From an uncultured Clostridia bacterium (GTDB taxonomy: Bacteria; Bacillota; Clostridia; Christensenellales; CAG-138), in contig CAMOTD010000005.1 of assembly GCA_946625575.1 (NCBI GenBank), positions 34,000 through 97,999 of the forward strand: DNA of 64,000 bases. The letters run 5' to 3'. How positions within the stretch are numbered: the first letter of the stretch is position 1; every line of letters begins with the position of its first letter. A program made the translations under genes and the position numbers. Below the pieces are notes generated by a model. That model made no database searches and was not told the DNA's origin. It worked only from the letters and a program-made list of their open reading frames with translations. Of this stretch, positions 53,129 to 62,317 are shown in pieces.

Positions 53129-53308
53129 TTAGCTTTGTTTATCCTTGCAGTACGGGCAGCAGCCCCCGCATGAAGCGCAGTTTCCGGTGCATCCGCCCTT
53201 CTTGCTCTTTTTCTGCTTTATTAGGGCGAACACGGCGATACCAACAAGGATCAGTACTGCGGCTGCGGATATGATAGTCGCCGCGTTTTGCGCGATCCAT
53301 GCAAACAT
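53129..53308 (-). CDS. FeoB-associated Cys-rich membrane protein
   Basis: 59-aa ORF below the ORF-track cutoff: MFAWIAQNAATIISAAAVLILVGIAVFALIKQKKSKKGGCTGNCASCGGCCPYCKDKQS. One TM helix, a basic stretch and a Cys cluster, directly downstream of feoB. Confidence 0.75.
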   Translation of the reverse strand: MFAWIAQNAATIISAAAVLILVGIAVFALIKQKKSKKGGCTGNCASCGGCCPYCKDKQS

Positions 53309-53332
53309 TCGCCTCGAACTCCTTTCATGTTT

Positions 53333-55864
53333 TTATTTGATCTTTACTTCGTGAGTCAGCTTGGTGGCCTCGGAGTACTTCCTGAAGAACAGCATGTAGA
53401 TCATGAAGCCGAGCACCGCGAATGCGGCGACGAGGCTGACGATGTTCACGGCAAGTCCCGCGCCGGTGGCAAGGTTGCCCGTTACAAGGTTGCCGAACTG
53501 GTTGATCATCAGCGCTATCGCATAGGCGAAGCCGCACTCATACGCTATTGCGAACAATGTCCAGCCGGTGTTGTTCATCTCGCGCTTGATGGCGCCCATA
53601 GCCGCGAAGCAAGGCGCACAGAGCAGGTTGAATACCAGGAACGAGAAGCCCGCGATATGGGGCACGTCGAAGGAGGCGCGGATAGCGGCCCAGTCGCCGT
53701 AGAGTATGCCCATCGTGCCGACGATGTTCTCTTTCGCCACAAGTCCCGTGACGGACGCGACGGCGGCCTTCCAGTTGCCCCAGCCGAGAGGAGCGAATAT
53801 CCATGCGACGCCCCTGCCGATGAAGGCGAGTATGGAGTGCTCCATCTCCTCCTCGGCGAGCATGCGGAACGTGCCGTCGACCCAGCCGAAGAAGGAAGCG
53901 AACCAGACCACTATGGTGGAAAGGAGGATTATCGTGCCCGCCTTCTTGATGAACGACCAGCCGCGCTCCCAGGTGGAACGGAGCACGTTCTTAAGCGTGG
54001 GCATATGGTATGCGGGCAGCTCCATAACGAACGGAGCGGGTTCGCCCGCGAAGCGCCTGGTCTTCTTGAGCATCACGCCGGAGACGATTATCGCCGCCAT
54101 GCCGATGAAATAAGCGGATACCGCTACGAACGGGGATTTGCCGAACAGCGCGCCGGCGATCATGGCAATGAACGGGAGCTTTGCGCCGCAGGGGATGAAC
54201 GTGGTCGTCATTATCGTCATACGGCGGTCGCGCTCGTTTTCGATCGTTCGCGATGCCATTATGCCGGGTATGCCGCAGCCCGTGCCGACGAGCATGGGGA
54301 TGAACGATTTGCCGGAAAGACCGAACCTTCTGAATATGCGGTCGAGCACGAATGCGATACGCGCCATGTAGCCGCAGCCCTCAAGAACAGCCAGCAGGAA
54401 GAACAGCACCAGCATCTGGGGAACGAAGCCCAGCACAGCGCCGACGCCCGCTACGATACCGTCCATGATAAGTCCGTAGAGCCATTCGGGGATCCTGGGA
54501 TTGCCCTCGGAGTCGAGCAGCAGCTTATTGAGCAGCGCGGGTATGCTCGGCACCCAAATGCCGTCGTCGGCGGGATCGGGCTCCTCAAAGCCCTTCTCCT
54601 CAAAGTATGCGACGGCGTCCTTGAACGTCATCGCGTTGGTTTCGTCTTCGGGCGCGTTCTCGGGGATCTTGTCGTAGTAAACCGTGACCTCCGATACCTC
54701 AAGGGTCTCGTCGTCGGTCACTTCGGCGACGGCGGACGCCTTATCGCTCGTGAACCCCTTTATTTCGGAAAGGAGCGCGTCTGCGTCGAAGTCCTCCGCC
54801 TCGAGGTCAAGCTCGAAGCCGTAGGCCGCAAGCGCGTTCGCGGCGGCGGAATAATCGTCCGCTTTCTCTTCGGAGGCCTTGTCGCCTATGCCGAGGAGGT
54901 GGAAGCCGTCGCCGAATACGCCGTCGTTCATCCAGTCGGTCGCCTTTGTTCCGGGTGCGTTGGGAGCCATGGCGATAAAGTAAACGAGGAACATGACGAG
55001 CGCAAATATGGGAAGACCCAGCCAGCGGTTGGTGACGATCTTGTCGATCTTGTCGCTCTTCGTCAGTTTGTTGTCCCTCTTCTTTTTATAACAGGCCCTC
55101 GTGACCTCGGCGATATAGACGTATCGCTCGTTGGTGATTATCGATTCGGCGTCGTCGTCAAGCTCCTTCTCGGCAGCCTGAATGTCCTTCTCGATATGCG
55201 AAAGGGTCGCTTCCGGGATATTCATCGAAGCGAGCACCTTCTCGTCGCGCTCGAATATCTTTATCGCGTACCAGCGCTGCTGCTCCTCGGGCATATTGTG
55301 AACGACCGCCTCCTCTATGTGGGCGAGCGCGTGCTCGACCGTGCCGGAGAAGGTGTGGAGAGGGATCGTCCTGCCGTGATGCGCCGCGTCTATCGCGGCC
55401 TCGGCGGCCTCCTTGACGCCCGTTCCCTTCAGGGCGGAGATCTCGACCACCTTGCAGCCTATCTGACGGGAAAGCTCCGCGATGTTGATCTTGTCACCCT
55501 CTTTTTTGACTATGTCGATCATGTTGACGGCGACGACCACGGGTATGCCGAGCTCCGTCAGCTGCGTGGTCAGGTAAAGGTTCCTCTCAAGATTGGTGCC
55601 GTCGACGATGTTCAGTATCGCGTCGGGACGCTCCTTGATGAGATAATCCCTCGCCACGACCTCTTCGAGAGTGTAGGGGGAGAGGGAGTAGATGCCGGGA
55701 AGGTCGGTGATGGTAACTTCGTCATGCTTCTTGAGCTTGCCTTCCTTCTTTTCGACCGTGACGCCGGGCCAGTTTCCCACGAACTGGTTGGAGCCGGTCA
55801 GCGCGTTGAACAGCGTAGTCTTGCCGCTGTTGGGGTTGCCTGCGAGGGCGATCCTTATACCCAT
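53333..55864 (-). CDS. feoB: ferrous iron transporter FeoB (long form)
   Basis: G-domain IALAGNPNSGKTTLFNALTG...DLPGIYSL...NMID. Polytopic C-domain with LEGCGYMARIAFV gate motif. Extra acidic ~150-aa segment after the first TM helix. Confidence 0.95.
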   Translation of the reverse strand: MGIRIALAGNPNSGKTTLFNALTGSNQFVGNWPGVTVEKKEGKLKKHDEVTITDLPGIYSLSPYTLEEVVARDYLIKERPDAILNIVDGTNLERNLYLTTQLTELGIPVVVAVNMIDIVKKEGDKINIAELSRQIGCKVVEISALKGTGVKEAAEAAIDAAHHGRTIPLHTFSGTVEHALAHIEEAVVHNMPEEQQRWYAIKIFERDEKVLASMNIPEATLSHIEKDIQAAEKELDDDAESIITNERYVYIAEVTRACYKKKRDNKLTKSDKIDKIVTNRWLGLPIFALVMFLVYFIAMAPNAPGTKATDWMNDGVFGDGFHLLGIGDKASEEKADDYSAAANALAAYGFELDLEAEDFDADALLSEIKGFTSDKASAVAEVTDDETLEVSEVTVYYDKIPENAPEDETNAMTFKDAVAYFEEKGFEEPDPADDGIWVPSIPALLNKLLLDSEGNPRIPEWLYGLIMDGIVAGVGAVLGFVPQMLVLFFLLAVLEGCGYMARIAFVLDRIFRRFGLSGKSFIPMLVGTGCGIPGIMASRTIENERDRRMTIMTTTFIPCGAKLPFIAMIAGALFGKSPFVAVSAYFIGMAAIIVSGVMLKKTRRFAGEPAPFVMELPAYHMPTLKNVLRSTWERGWSFIKKAGTIILLSTIVVWFASFFGWVDGTFRMLAEEEMEHSILAFIGRGVAWIFAPLGWGNWKAAVASVTGLVAKENIVGTMGILYGDWAAIRASFDVPHIAGFSFLVFNLLCAPCFAAMGAIKREMNNTGWTLFAIAYECGFAYAIALMINQFGNLVTGNLATGAGLAVNIVSLVAAFAVLGFMIYMLFFRKYSEATKLTHEVKIK

Positions 55865-55914
55865 GATTTTACTCCTTTTCTGCTGTCAGCAAATGCCGAT
55901 ATTGTACTTGAATA

Positions 55915-56136
55915 TCATTCGACCTCGACCATTTCCGCGTCCGCCTTGCGGATGGAAAGCTCGTAGCCTCTTACGGTGACCTCGATGGGGTCGCCGAGGG
56001 GCGCCACCTTGCGTACGAATACGGGCGTGCGCTTCGTGATCCCCATGTCCATTATGCGGCGCTTTACCGCGCCTTCGCCGTGGAGCTTGACGACCGTCGC
56101 CGTCTCCCCGATCTTAACGTCCCTCAATGTTTTCAT
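55915..56136 (-). CDS. feoA: FeoA family protein
   Basis: 73 aa. LRDVKIGETATVVKLHGEGAVKRRIMDMGI...SIRKADAEMVEV. Confidence 0.9.
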   Translation of the reverse strand: MKTLRDVKIGETATVVKLHGEGAVKRRIMDMGITKRTPVFVRKVAPLGDPIEVTVRGYELSIRKADAEMVEVE

Positions 56137-56148
56137 ACTGTATCTCCT

Positions 56149-56361
56149 TTATACCATTATTTTTCTTGCAAGTTCGCTGCTAACGGCGATCCGGCTCTCC
56201 TTGACCTTCACGATCAGGTTCCCGCCGAGCTCCGATACGACGCTGACTTCGCCGCCGACGGTGAAGCCGAGATCCTCCAGATGCTTTTTGATCTCCGGAC
56301 TGCCGCCTATCCTTTTGATGATCTGGGGCTGACCCATTTCCGCGTAATTAAGAGGCATCAT
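56149..56361 (-). CDS. feoA: FeoA family protein (second copy)
   Basis: 70 aa. ...IIKRIGGSPEIKKHLEDLGFTVGGEVSVV...IAVSSELARKIMV. Confidence 0.85.
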   Translation of the reverse strand: MMPLNYAEMGQPQIIKRIGGSPEIKKHLEDLGFTVGGEVSVVSELGGNLIVKVKESRIAVSSELARKIMV

Positions 56362-56442
56362 TTTTTCCTCCTTTGCGGTAAGCTATTGCTAACCGAATGT
56401 CCGAAAAATTAGTCGGAAAATGCGCTCCGCATGCCAAAGCGG

Positions 56443-56497
56443 CGGTTAGCATCTTCTAACCGACACATATTATAATTAGCAATGGCTAACTTGTCAA
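56443..56497. promoter_or_regulatory. feoA promoter with overlapping DtxR-type palindromes
   Basis: Minus strand TTGACA (56492-56497), 17 nt, TATAAT (56469-56474). Palindrome TTAGC-AATG-GCTAA (56476-56489) fills the spacer. CGGTTAG-CATCTT-CTAACCG (56443-56462) lies just downstream of the -10. Confidence 0.6.
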
Positions 56498-56605
56498 TAG
56501 TATTTTTTGATATATTATGATCCGGCGGCGTTTATTATCTATTGAAAAAACGCTTGGAGTGCGCTAAAATAGCTCATAAGCAATCAACAGACAGGAGTAT
56601 TTATA

Positions 56606-56986
56606 ATGCCCGTACACGAATCCGGGGAGATGTACCTCGAAACAATCCTTATCCTTTCGGAGAAAATGCCGGACGTAAGAAGCATCGACGTCGGGGAATA
56701 CATGGGTTATTCCAAGCCTTCCGTCAGCCGCGCCGTGGGGCTTCTCAAAAAGGAAGGCATGATAAATATCGACGGCGCAGGTCATATCACGCTGACCGAA
56801 CAGGGCAGGGATAAGGCAAAAAGCATCTATGAAAGGCATACGCTTTTAAGCCGTCTGCTCATGGATCTCGGCGTTGACGAGGCGACCGCCACGGAGGACG
56901 CCTGCCGCATAGAGCATTACATCAGCGATACGACCTTCGACGCCATCAAAAGGCACGCTAAGGAGTACGGCAGGGAAAAGGAATAA
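56606..56986 (+). CDS. DtxR/MntR-family metal-dependent transcriptional regulator
   Basis: ESGEMYLETILILSEK...IDVGEYMGYSKPSVSRAVGLLKKEGMI...ERHTLLSRLLMDLGVDEATATEDACRIEHYIS. Confidence 0.85.
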   Translation: MPVHESGEMYLETILILSEKMPDVRSIDVGEYMGYSKPSVSRAVGLLKKEGMINIDGAGHITLTEQGRDKAKSIYERHTLLSRLLMDLGVDEATATEDACRIEHYISDTTFDAIKRHAKEYGREKE

Positions 56987-57162
56987 CGATCCGAAAACAG
57001 AATGGATACGCACACAGGCGACGGGGCAAACGATGACGCCCCCCGCCTTTTTTTGCGGAGAGCCGCCGGAGGGGAAGGGGAAACGCCCGGGATGCCCCCG
57101 CTGAGCATTGACACCCGGCGTTTCACGGTGATAAAATCAAAAAAAGGCTTAAGGAGGCTTCT

Positions 57163-58206
57163 ATGCCGTTCATAATCGAAAGAAACGATATAACGCGAAT
57201 GAACGTCGACGCGATAGTAAACGCGGCGAACAGCACGCTGCTCGGCGGCGGGGGAGTCGACGGCGCGATCCACCGCGCGGCAGGGCCGGGGCTCGTTGAG
57301 GAATGCCGCGGTCTCGGCGGCTGCGAAACGGGCAAAGCCAAGGCGACCGGCGCTTATCGGCTCAACGCGCGATACGTTATCCACACGGTAGGTCCGGTGT
57401 GGCTCGGCGGCGCTTACGGCGAGGAGAATTACCTCAGGTCGTGCTACTTCAACTCGCTCTCGCTCGCGGATAAGCTCGGCTGCGGGAGCGTCGCTTTCCC
57501 GCTGATCTCCGCCGGCGCGTACGGCTATCCGAGAAGGGAGGCGCTCTCGATCGCCACCGAAACGATCAAAGCCTTCCTTGAGGATCACGATATGACGGTG
57601 TACCTCGTCATATTCGACAAGAGGAGCTTTGAGCTCGGCGGGGAGCTCCTGGGCGAGATACGCACCTACGTGGATGATAATTACGTCGGCATGCATTCGG
57701 AAAAACAGACGTATCTGAAAGCCCGACGCAAACACGCTCTCGGCAGCATGGCCTGTGATTACAGCGTGCCGAACGCCATCCCCGCCGCGGCGCTCTGCGA
57801 AAGCGAGGCGATCTGCGCCGACGCCGCCTATAAGGACGAGGATATCGGCGATATTATAAAGGGGCTTGACGAGGGCTTCTCCAAAACGCTCCTCAAGCTG
57901 ATCGACGCCTCGGGCATGACCGACGCCCAGTGCTATAAAAGGGCGAATATCGATCGTAAGCTCTTCTCGAAGATAAGGAGCGACCCCGACTACCGCCCGT
58001 CGAAGCCGACGGTCATAGCGTTCGCCGTGGCGCTCCGGCTCGATCTGGAGCAGACGGAGGACCTTTTGAAAAGGGCGGGCTTTGCACTCTCGCATTCGTA
58101 TAAATTCGACGTGATCATCGAATACTTCATATCGAAGCGGATATTCGATATCTATAAGATCAACGAGGCGCTGTTCGAGCTGGATCAGCAGCTTCTGGGA
58201 AGCTGA
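57163..58206 (+). CDS. macro-domain (ADP-ribose-binding / O-acetyl-ADP-ribose deacetylase-like) protein fused to a C-terminal HTH-like domain
   Basis: [33 protein letters not shown]...VIHTVGPVW...[14 protein letters not shown]-part ...[28 protein letters not shown]... Confidence 0.8.
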   Translation: MPFIIERNDITRMNVDAIVNAANSTLLGGGGVDGAIHRAAGPGLVEECRGLGGCETGKAKATGAYRLNARYVIHTVGPVWLGGAYGEENYLRSCYFNSLSLADKLGCGSVAFPLISAGAYGYPRREALSIATETIKAFLEDHDMTVYLVIFDKRSFELGGELLGEIRTYVDDNYVGMHSEKQTYLKARRKHALGSMACDYSVPNAIPAAALCESEAICADAAYKDEDIGDIIKGLDEGFSKTLLKLIDASGMTDAQCYKRANIDRKLFSKIRSDPDYRPSKPTVIAFAVALRLDLEQTEDLLKRAGFALSHSYKFDVIIEYFISKRIFDIYKINEALFELDQQLLGS

Positions 58207-58227
58207 GAAAAGCAGAATCCCCATTAA

Positions 58228-58267
58228 AACACTCGGATTTTCGGCAGGAAAGTCCGGGTGTTATTTT
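58228..58267 (+). terminator. intrinsic terminator after the macro-domain gene
   Basis: AACACTCGGA-15 nt-TCCGGGTGTTATTTT. Confidence 0.6.
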
Positions 58268-58477
58268 GTCTCAAATCATACAAAAAATGCCCGTTTTTGC
58301 GAAATATACAATAAAAAGAAGCAATTACTTATAGAATAAAGCGATCGGATGTGTTATACTCTGCTTTGGCTGATGATAGATTTCCCGAGGTATGCCCTTA
58401 TCGGCAGAAATCGGGCGGTCTGGCTCGGCCGAATGCTAACCAATAATTCCGCGAAAAGCGGTATAAGGAGGACTGTC

Positions 58478-58972
58478 ATGGCAAAACAAATCACGGCAAT
58501 TCCCTTTAAGGGCACTCCTGAGCAGGAAAAAGAGCTCAAGGAATTCATCGCCTCTTGGAAGGGTAAGGACGGCGCAACTATGCCCGTTCTTCAGAAGGCG
58601 CAGGAGATCTATGGGTATCTTCCCATAGAGGTCCAGAAGATGGTCGCGGACGGGCTTGGCCGTTCACTGGAGGAGATCTACGGTGTTTCCACCTTCTACT
58701 CCATGTTCAACCTCGAGCCCAGGGGCGAGCACCTCATCAGGGTATGTCTCGGCACCGCCTGCTACGTTAAGGGTTCCCAGAAGATCCTGGACGAGCTTTC
58801 CCGCGTGCTGGGCGTAGAACCCGGTCACACCACTCCGGACGGCAAGTTCACTCTCGAGCCCACAAGGTGTCTCGGCTGCTGCGGTCTTGCTCCCGTTATG
58901 ACGATCGACGGCGAGGTTTACGGCCGTCTCGTTCCCGCTGACGTAAGGGATATCCTTGCAAAGTATCAGTAA
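58478..58972 (+). CDS. NuoE-like [2Fe-2S] subunit of a bifurcating [FeFe]-hydrogenase (HydC-type)
   Basis: Start at MAKQIT (AAGGAGG RBS). Cys motif RVCLGTACYVKG...CLGCCGLAPV. Confidence 0.85.
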   Translation: MAKQITAIPFKGTPEQEKELKEFIASWKGKDGATMPVLQKAQEIYGYLPIEVQKMVADGLGRSLEEIYGVSTFYSMFNLEPRGEHLIRVCLGTACYVKGSQKILDELSRVLGVEPGHTTPDGKFTLEPTRCLGCCGLAPVMTIDGEVYGRLVPADVRDILAKYQ

Positions 58973-59011
58973 GATCCCAAAAACCGTTTTTCTAAGGAGG
59001 ATCGCTTCACT

Positions 59012-59410
59012 ATGAAGATCAAACAGGTGGCGGAGATTTTGAACGCCAACGTTCTTACCGGGTCGGACCTTTTAGAGCATGAGGTCAATTCCGCCTGCGG
59101 CAGCGACATGATGAGCGACGTGCTCGCGTACGTCAAGGATCAGGGCGTGCTGCTTACGGGGCTGATGAACGTGCAGGTCATAAGGACCCTGCTCATGATG
59201 GACATGAACTGCGTGGTTTTCGTGCGGGGCAAGATTCCGCCTGCCGGCATAATCGATTTTGCCGAGGAAAACGGCGTTGCAGTACTTCAGACCGATCTGC
59301 CCATGTTTGAATCCTGCGGCAGGCTTTACGCCGCGGGTCTCGGAAGGGCGGATGATACCGGTTCGTGCTCCGATCCGGGGGAAGGCGTGAACGGTGCTGA
59401 GAATGGGTGA
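59012..59410 (+). CDS. DRTGG-domain protein
   Basis: ...GSDMMSDVLAYVKDQGVLLTGLMNVQVIRTLLMMD...VVFVRGK. AAGGAGG RBS. Confidence 0.7.
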   Translation: MKIKQVAEILNANVLTGSDLLEHEVNSACGSDMMSDVLAYVKDQGVLLTGLMNVQVIRTLLMMDMNCVVFVRGKIPPAGIIDFAEENGVAVLQTDLPMFESCGRLYAAGLGRADDTGSCSDPGEGVNGAENG

Positions 59411-59834
59411 GGCTCTGCATTATCATTTCGACGTTGACGGAGCGAGCTTCGCAAACGCGGGCCGCGCTTCTGTCGAAACGAAAAAGCTCCTAAGGCAGCT
59501 CGGCGTCGCACCCGAAATAATCCGCAGCATCTCCGTCGCCATGTACGAGGGGGAGATCAATATGGTCATCCACGCGCACGGCGGCGATGCGGACGTCTAC
59601 ATCACCGAGGAGACCATCATTATAATCCTCAAGGACGTCGGTCCCGGGATCCGTAATGTGGAGGAGGCAATGAAGGAGGGGTTCTCCACCGCTCCCGAAA
59701 ACATTCGCGCGCTGGGCTTCGGCGCGGGCATGGGGCTTCCCAATATGAAGCGGTATTCTGACGAAATGCACATCGATACCAAGGTCGGCGTCGGCACGAC
59801 GATAGAGCTCTGGTATCATCTTAACAAGCATTGA
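59394..59834 (+). CDS. small GHKL ATPase (anti-sigma-factor / Ser-kinase-like, HATPase_c)
   Basis: ...AMYEGEINMVIHA...IILKDVGPGI...GFGAGMGLPNMKRY...GTTIELW. GTG start with a GGGGAAGG RBS; an alternative ATG lies at 59403. Confidence 0.75.
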   Translation: MLRMGEALHYHFDVDGASFANAGRASVETKKLLRQLGVAPEIIRSISVAMYEGEINMVIHAHGGDADVYITEETIIIILKDVGPGIRNVEEAMKEGFSTAPENIRALGFGAGMGLPNMKRYSDEMHIDTKVGVGTTIELWYHLNKH

Positions 59835-59877
59835 GCTTCTGGCTCTCTGCAAACGAATGAGATAGGGAGGGCCTTAT

Positions 59878-61149
59878 ATGGCAAAATACACCCACGCAGT
59901 CACGATCGAGCCCGAAAAATGCACGGGCTGTACGACGTGCCTCCGCCGCTGTCCCACGGAAGCCATCCGCATCAGGAACAACAAGGCGGAGATCAACGCC
60001 GTCCAGTGTATCGACTGCGGCGAATGTATCAGGGTATGCAAGCATTCCGCGAAGCACGCCTCCTACGATAAGCTCTCCGACCTGGATTTCTCCAAGTATC
60101 TCATCGCGCTGCCCGCGCCTTCGCTGTTCGGGCAATTCAATCATCTGACAGAGGCGGATTTCGTTATCCAGGGTCTTAAGGACATGGGCTTCTCCGAAGT
60201 CTATGAGGTCGCCAAAGCAGCCGAGTACGTTACGGATCTCACAAGGATCTATCTTAACGGCGACAAGGCGATCAAGCCCGCGATCAGCTCCGCCTGCCCC
60301 GTCGTGGTAAGGCTCATAAAGCTCAGGTATCCCACCCTGTGCGAACAGCTCGTTCCCATAATGCCGCCGTACGAACTTGCGGGCAAGCTCGCAAGGGAGA
60401 AGGCGATAAAGGAGCATCCCGAGATCGATCCCGAAAACATCAAAACGGTGTTCATCTCCCCGTGCCCCGCAAAGGTGAGCTGGGCGAAGAGCGTTATGGA
60501 GGGGCAAACCGTCTACGTCGACTACATCACCTCAATGAACGACGTCTATATGGAGCTTCTCGCAAGGATGAAGCGCGACAACGTTCCCGGGGCGGATTCC
60601 GCATCGGAGGCGGGCGTCGTCGGCATAGGCTGGGCAACCACCGGAGGAGAGGCGGCCTCCCTTATGAACGAAGGGTACCTTTCCGCGGACGGTATAGACA
60701 ACGTTATAAAAGTGCTTGACGATCTTGAGAGCGGCACCGTCAGCGATATCAGCTTCGTTGAGCTGAACGCGTGCAGCCCCGGCTGCGTCGGCGGCGTGCT
60801 TGCGCCGACGAACGGCTACATTGCAAGGGTGCGGCTCCAGAACCTCAGGAAGATCGGCGGTCTTGTCGTCAAACCCAACAATATCGGCGACATAGACGAG
60901 AACGTGGGCAAGGGCGATATTCCCGCCGAATACACCGAGGCGGAAGCCTTCACCTATATGCCCGAGGGCGCGCCGAACATGCTCGCCATGATGCTCGCGA
61001 TGAAGAAAGCCGAAGCGCTGGCAGACAAGCTCCCCAAAAAGGACTGCGGCGCCTGCGGCTCGCCCACTTGCAGGGCGTTCGCGCTGGACGTCGTAAACGG
61101 CGAAGCAAAGCTTGAGGACTGCAAGATCAGACCTCAGATGGAGGGGTAA
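59878..61149 (+). CDS. [FeFe]-hydrogenase-like (HydS-type, putative sensory) protein with N-terminal 2x[4Fe-4S] and C-terminal Cys motif
   Basis: CTGCTTCLRRCP and CIDCGECIRVC. H-cluster-like motifs SSACPVV, SPCPAKV and ACSPGCVGG. C-terminal CGACGSPTCRAF. Confidence 0.75.
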   Translation: MAKYTHAVTIEPEKCTGCTTCLRRCPTEAIRIRNNKAEINAVQCIDCGECIRVCKHSAKHASYDKLSDLDFSKYLIALPAPSLFGQFNHLTEADFVIQGLKDMGFSEVYEVAKAAEYVTDLTRIYLNGDKAIKPAISSACPVVVRLIKLRYPTLCEQLVPIMPPYELAGKLAREKAIKEHPEIDPENIKTVFISPCPAKVSWAKSVMEGQTVYVDYITSMNDVYMELLARMKRDNVPGADSASEAGVVGIGWATTGGEAASLMNEGYLSADGIDNVIKVLDDLESGTVSDISFVELNACSPGCVGGVLAPTNGYIARVRLQNLRKIGGLVVKPNNIGDIDENVGKGDIPAEYTEAEAFTYMPEGAPNMLAMMLAMKKAEALADKLPKKDCGACGSPTCRAFALDVVNGEAKLEDCKIRPQMEG

Positions 61150-61183
61150 TACCCGCCGATACCAACACAAAGGGAGAAGAAAA

Positions 61184-61570
61184 ATGCTTACTGTGGAACA
61201 GCTTGCAGAAAGGCTCGGCCTTGACGTTATAGAGCTTCCCGAGCCCGACCGTGAGATCACGGGCGGCTATGCCGGGGATCTATTAAGCTGGGTAATGGGC
61301 CGCGCGCAGGCGGGGGACGCATGGGTGACTATAATGTCCAACATGAACGTTTCCGCCGTCGCACAGCTTACGGACGTCGCCTGCGTCGTATTCGCGGAGG
61401 GCGTCGCCCCCGATAAGGAGGCGCTCAATAAAGCGAGGATGCACGGCATCAACATGCTGGGAAGCAAAAAGGGCATTTTCGAGCTCTGCGGTCAGATCGC
61501 GTTTTTGATGCGCGGCAACGAGGCTTCCGCTGAAGAAGTCTTTGAGGCAAGCCCCGAGGCAAGCGACTGA
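61184..61570 (+). CDS. DRTGG-domain protein (second copy)
   Basis: Start at MLTVEQ (GGGAGAAG RBS). ...GGYAGDLLSWVMGRAQAGDAWVTIMSNMNVSAVAQL... Confidence 0.7.
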   Translation: MLTVEQLAERLGLDVIELPEPDREITGGYAGDLLSWVMGRAQAGDAWVTIMSNMNVSAVAQLTDVACVVFAEGVAPDKEALNKARMHGINMLGSKKGIFELCGQIAFLMRGNEASAEEVFEASPEASD

Positions 61571-61585
61571 AAGGAAAAGGAAGGC

Positions 61586-62317
61586 ATGGCACTCTTTACC
61601 TACGATCTGCACGTTCATTCCTGTCTGTCCCCCTGCGGCGACGACGAGATGACTCCATGCAATATCGCGGGTATGGCGTTCCTTGCGGGAGTCAGGATCG
61701 TAGCTCTTACGGATCATAACTCCTGCAAAAACTGCGGCGCCTTCTTCGCCGCCTGCGAGGAATACGGGGTCGTCCCCGTCGCGGGATGCGAATTGACCAC
61801 TTCCGAAGAAATACACATGGTCTGCCTGTTTGAAGGCCTGAAACAGGCGATGGATTTCGACGAGGCTATACAGCCCTATCGGATGAAGCTCAAGAACCGT
61901 GTGGAAATATTCGGCAATCAATTCATAATGGCGAAGGATGACGAGATCACGGGTCAGGACCCATGGTTCCTGCCCGCGGCGACCGGGCTTTCGCTCCTTG
62001 AAGCGGCCGAGCTTGTAAGAAGTATGGGCGGCGTCGCCTACCCTGCGCATATAGACAGGGAGTCGAACGGGATGCTCGCCATACTCGGCATGTTCCCCGA
62101 TGAGCCGGTATTCGAACTTTGTGAGGTAAGGGATAAGGAAAACGCCGAAAAGCTTTCCGGCGGAAGGCGGGTGGTGGTCTCCTCCGACGCCCACAGGCTG
62201 GAGGATTTCGCCGTAACGCTCAACCATATGGAGCTTGACTGCGATCCCGAAGCTTCTCCCGATGAGATCAGGCACGCACTTTTTGAAAAGCTTAATATGA
62301 AGGAGGCAGGGAAATGA
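61586..62317 (+). CDS. PHP-domain phosphoesterase
   Basis: YDLHVHSCLSPCGDDEMTP...IVALTDHNS...AYPAHIDRE...SSDAH. Confidence 0.8.
   Translation: MALFTYDLHVHSCLSPCGDDEMTPCNIAGMAFLAGVRIVALTDHNSCKNCGAFFAACEEYGVVPVAGCELTTSEEIHMVCLFEGLKQAMDFDEAIQPYRMKLKNRVEIFGNQFIMAKDDEITGQDPWFLPAATGLSLLEAAELVRSMGGVAYPAHIDRESNGMLAILGMFPDEPVFELCEVRDKENAEKLSGGRRVVVSSDAHRLEDFAVTLNHMELDCDPEASPDEIRHALFEKLNMKEAGK

Noticed and set aside
58269-58477. Possible riboswitch or attenuator in the ~120-nt leader of the hydrogenase operon (CCGAG...CTCGG and CCGC-gaaaa-GCGG hairpins just before the RBS).
   Set aside because: The hairpins are short, and I cannot match the sequence to any riboswitch class from memory. It would need Rfam scanning and comparative analysis, so I do not report it as a feature.
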